Source of the DNA: Promethearchaeota archaeon
GTDB lineage: Archaea; Asgardarchaeota; Lokiarchaeia; Sigyniarchaeales; SOKP01
Assembly: GCA_048941015.1 (NCBI GenBank)
Contig: JBHLNZ010000099.1
Span: 1-10,006, forward strand
Reading direction: 5' to 3'
DNA: 10,006 nucleotides
Position 1 is the stretch's first letter; every line of letters begins with the position of its first letter. The notes beneath the pieces are model-generated. The model did no database searches. It worked only from the letters and a program-made list of their open reading frames with translations, and had not been told where the DNA came from. The position numbers and the translations under genes are program-made. Of this stretch, positions 8,727 through 10,006 are shown piece by piece.

Positions 8727-9761
8727 TTGGTGAATTTTTTTAATACAGATAATAATAAGGAAAATAGATCCAAAGAATTATGTGATATTTATTTACTTTA
8801 TTTTGATGAAACTCTTGGGCATATCCCTTTACTTATCCATCCAAATGATCAAGATAAAAATGATGAGGACATAATGCGCATCATAACATTTCATCCCATC
8901 TGGTTTCTGAATGAAAAAGAACAAGACTCTCTTAATCGTATAGACTTAGAATATAACAAAAAGATGTATTTTGCTAAAAAGTTCTATATAAAATCAGATA
9001 GGAAAAAAAGAAGAGCGGGACTTGAACAATCTGATATTGAGAAAATCGTTTTAATTATTGTTTTACCAACGGATTTAGACATTTTTGGGGGCGCACTCTT
9101 AAATAAAATGACAGAAATTATTAAGATCGAATACCAAAATACTTTATTCAAAATTATTGAATCTGAAATCGCAAAGCTTGAGGTTTTAAAAACAGTAAAA
9201 TTAAAAGAAATTATTAATAACGGAAATCTGGAACGAAATAAGCTAAAAAATACAATTACTATTTTTTGTAAAGAATATTTCTCATCGGTTATTAAACAGA
9301 AAGATGCAACAACTATTAAACTGCAAAAAGCGATTTCTTTTCTCTTATTAAAAGGAATTGATATTAGTTATATTACTAGTGATATAGAAAAGAATAATTT
9401 TTCAAATATCAGATTATTTGATCCAGAGAAAAAAACTCCTAACTTATTACAATCAAAAGAAAATTTTAAAATTTTAAACCAGACTATTGATGCGGATTTT
9501 GGGGAGTTTGAAATCTTAGTAAAAAATCAAAGTTCCAAGGATTTAATTAATGTTTATATAAAAATCACTTACGTTAAAGATTTTTTTGAAAAAGAAATTC
9601 TAAGTGAAAAAGTAGAAAAGTGGTTGTCACAGGAAGAATTAATGTTTATTACTCCTATCGTTCCTGGAATTTTAAATTACTTGTTTTTAGTTACAGAAGA
9701 AGATCAAAAGAAAATTAAATTTTCAAGAAAAATTAATTTTGAGAAAATAAGTATGATTTAG
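8727..9761 (+). CDS. Hypothetical protein: putative N-terminal longin/uDENN-like domain and C-terminal Ig/CARDB-like beta domain
   Basis: 344 aa, GGAGG RBS at 8716-8720. IYLLYFDETLGHIPLLIHP resembles the uDENN/longin F-D-x-x-x-G-x-x-x-x-x-x-P start. FEILVKNQSSKDLINVYIKITY resembles Ig-like strands. Domain calls are tentative. Confidence 0.75.
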   Translation: MVNFFNTDNNKENRSKELCDIYLLYFDETLGHIPLLIHPNDQDKNDEDIMRIITFHPIWFLNEKEQDSLNRIDLEYNKKMYFAKKFYIKSDRKKRRAGLEQSDIEKIVLIIVLPTDLDIFGGALLNKMTEIIKIEYQNTLFKIIESEIAKLEVLKTVKLKEIINNGNLERNKLKNTITIFCKEYFSSVIKQKDATTIKLQKAISFLLLKGIDISYITSDIEKNNFSNIRLFDPEKKTPNLLQSKENFKILNQTIDADFGEFEILVKNQSSKDLINVYIKITYVKDFFEKEILSEKVEKWLSQEELMFITPIVPGILNYLFLVTEEDQKKIKFSRKINFEKISMI

Positions 9762-10006
9762 TATTGGAATTCTCTATTTCTTAATTTCGATACCAAATGC
9801 CCTCTGCTAATTAATTGAATTCCAAATTGGGAGGAATAATCACGAGAAAAATCTGTAGCGATATTACATACCATAATACCTCCGTCAATATTAGGAATAT
9901 CTACGCATGCTTTATGTAATTGTCTTAGTTGAGTTATTGAAATTTCTCGCTTCCAATCACGAATAAATATTCCAAACCTACCATTTTTTCCATTATTTAC
10001 AATAGC
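9758..10006 (-). CDS. C-terminal part of an Mrr-like restriction-endonuclease-fold protein (probably catalytically degenerate)
   Basis: Manual translation: AIVNNGKNGRFGIFIRDWKREISITQLRQLHKACVDIPNIDGGIMVCNIATDFSRDYSSQFGIQLISRGHLVSKLRNREFQY*. The pattern resembles the Mrr_cat C-terminal half. Its stop (9760-9758) overlaps the stop of the convergent gene. Confidence 0.65.
   Translation of the reverse strand, partial: AIVNNGKNGRFGIFIRDWKREISITQLRQLHKACVDIPNIDGGIMVCNIATDFSRDYSSQFGIQLISRGHLVSKLRNREFQY

Overview
AT-rich archaeal window, most likely Asgard (Lokiarchaeia-like). This placement is inferred from GAGGTG(A)/GGAGG ribosome-binding sites, TATA-like boxes, Cdc48/VAT, Hdr/Mvh genes and a probable longin/uDENN protein. 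A 324-bp divergent intergenic region (3748-4071) separates two gene strings. Minus strand: two paralogous TraB/GumN(Tiki)-like hypothetical proteins, an MtdA/MtdB-type methylene-H4MPT dehydrogenase and a Cdc48/VAT AAA+ ATPase that runs off the window. Plus strand: an ArsR-like winged-HTH fused to a degenerate HdrA plus MvhD, then [NiFe]-hydrogenase small (MvhG-like) and large (MvhA-like) subunits, a putative longin/uDENN plus beta-sandwich protein, and a convergent partial Mrr-like gene. The main finding is that the Mvh-type hydrogenase carries two hallmarks of bacterial H2-sensing hydrogenases (CxxCxxxQ instead of His; no C-terminal extension) and is encoded with a DNA-binding-domain-fused HdrA that has lost one Fe-S cluster motif. 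This suggests an archaeal one-component H2/redox-sensing transcription-regulator complex. A mirror-image pair of operator-like boxes lies in the divergent promoter. All family calls come from motif recognition by eye, not database searches.
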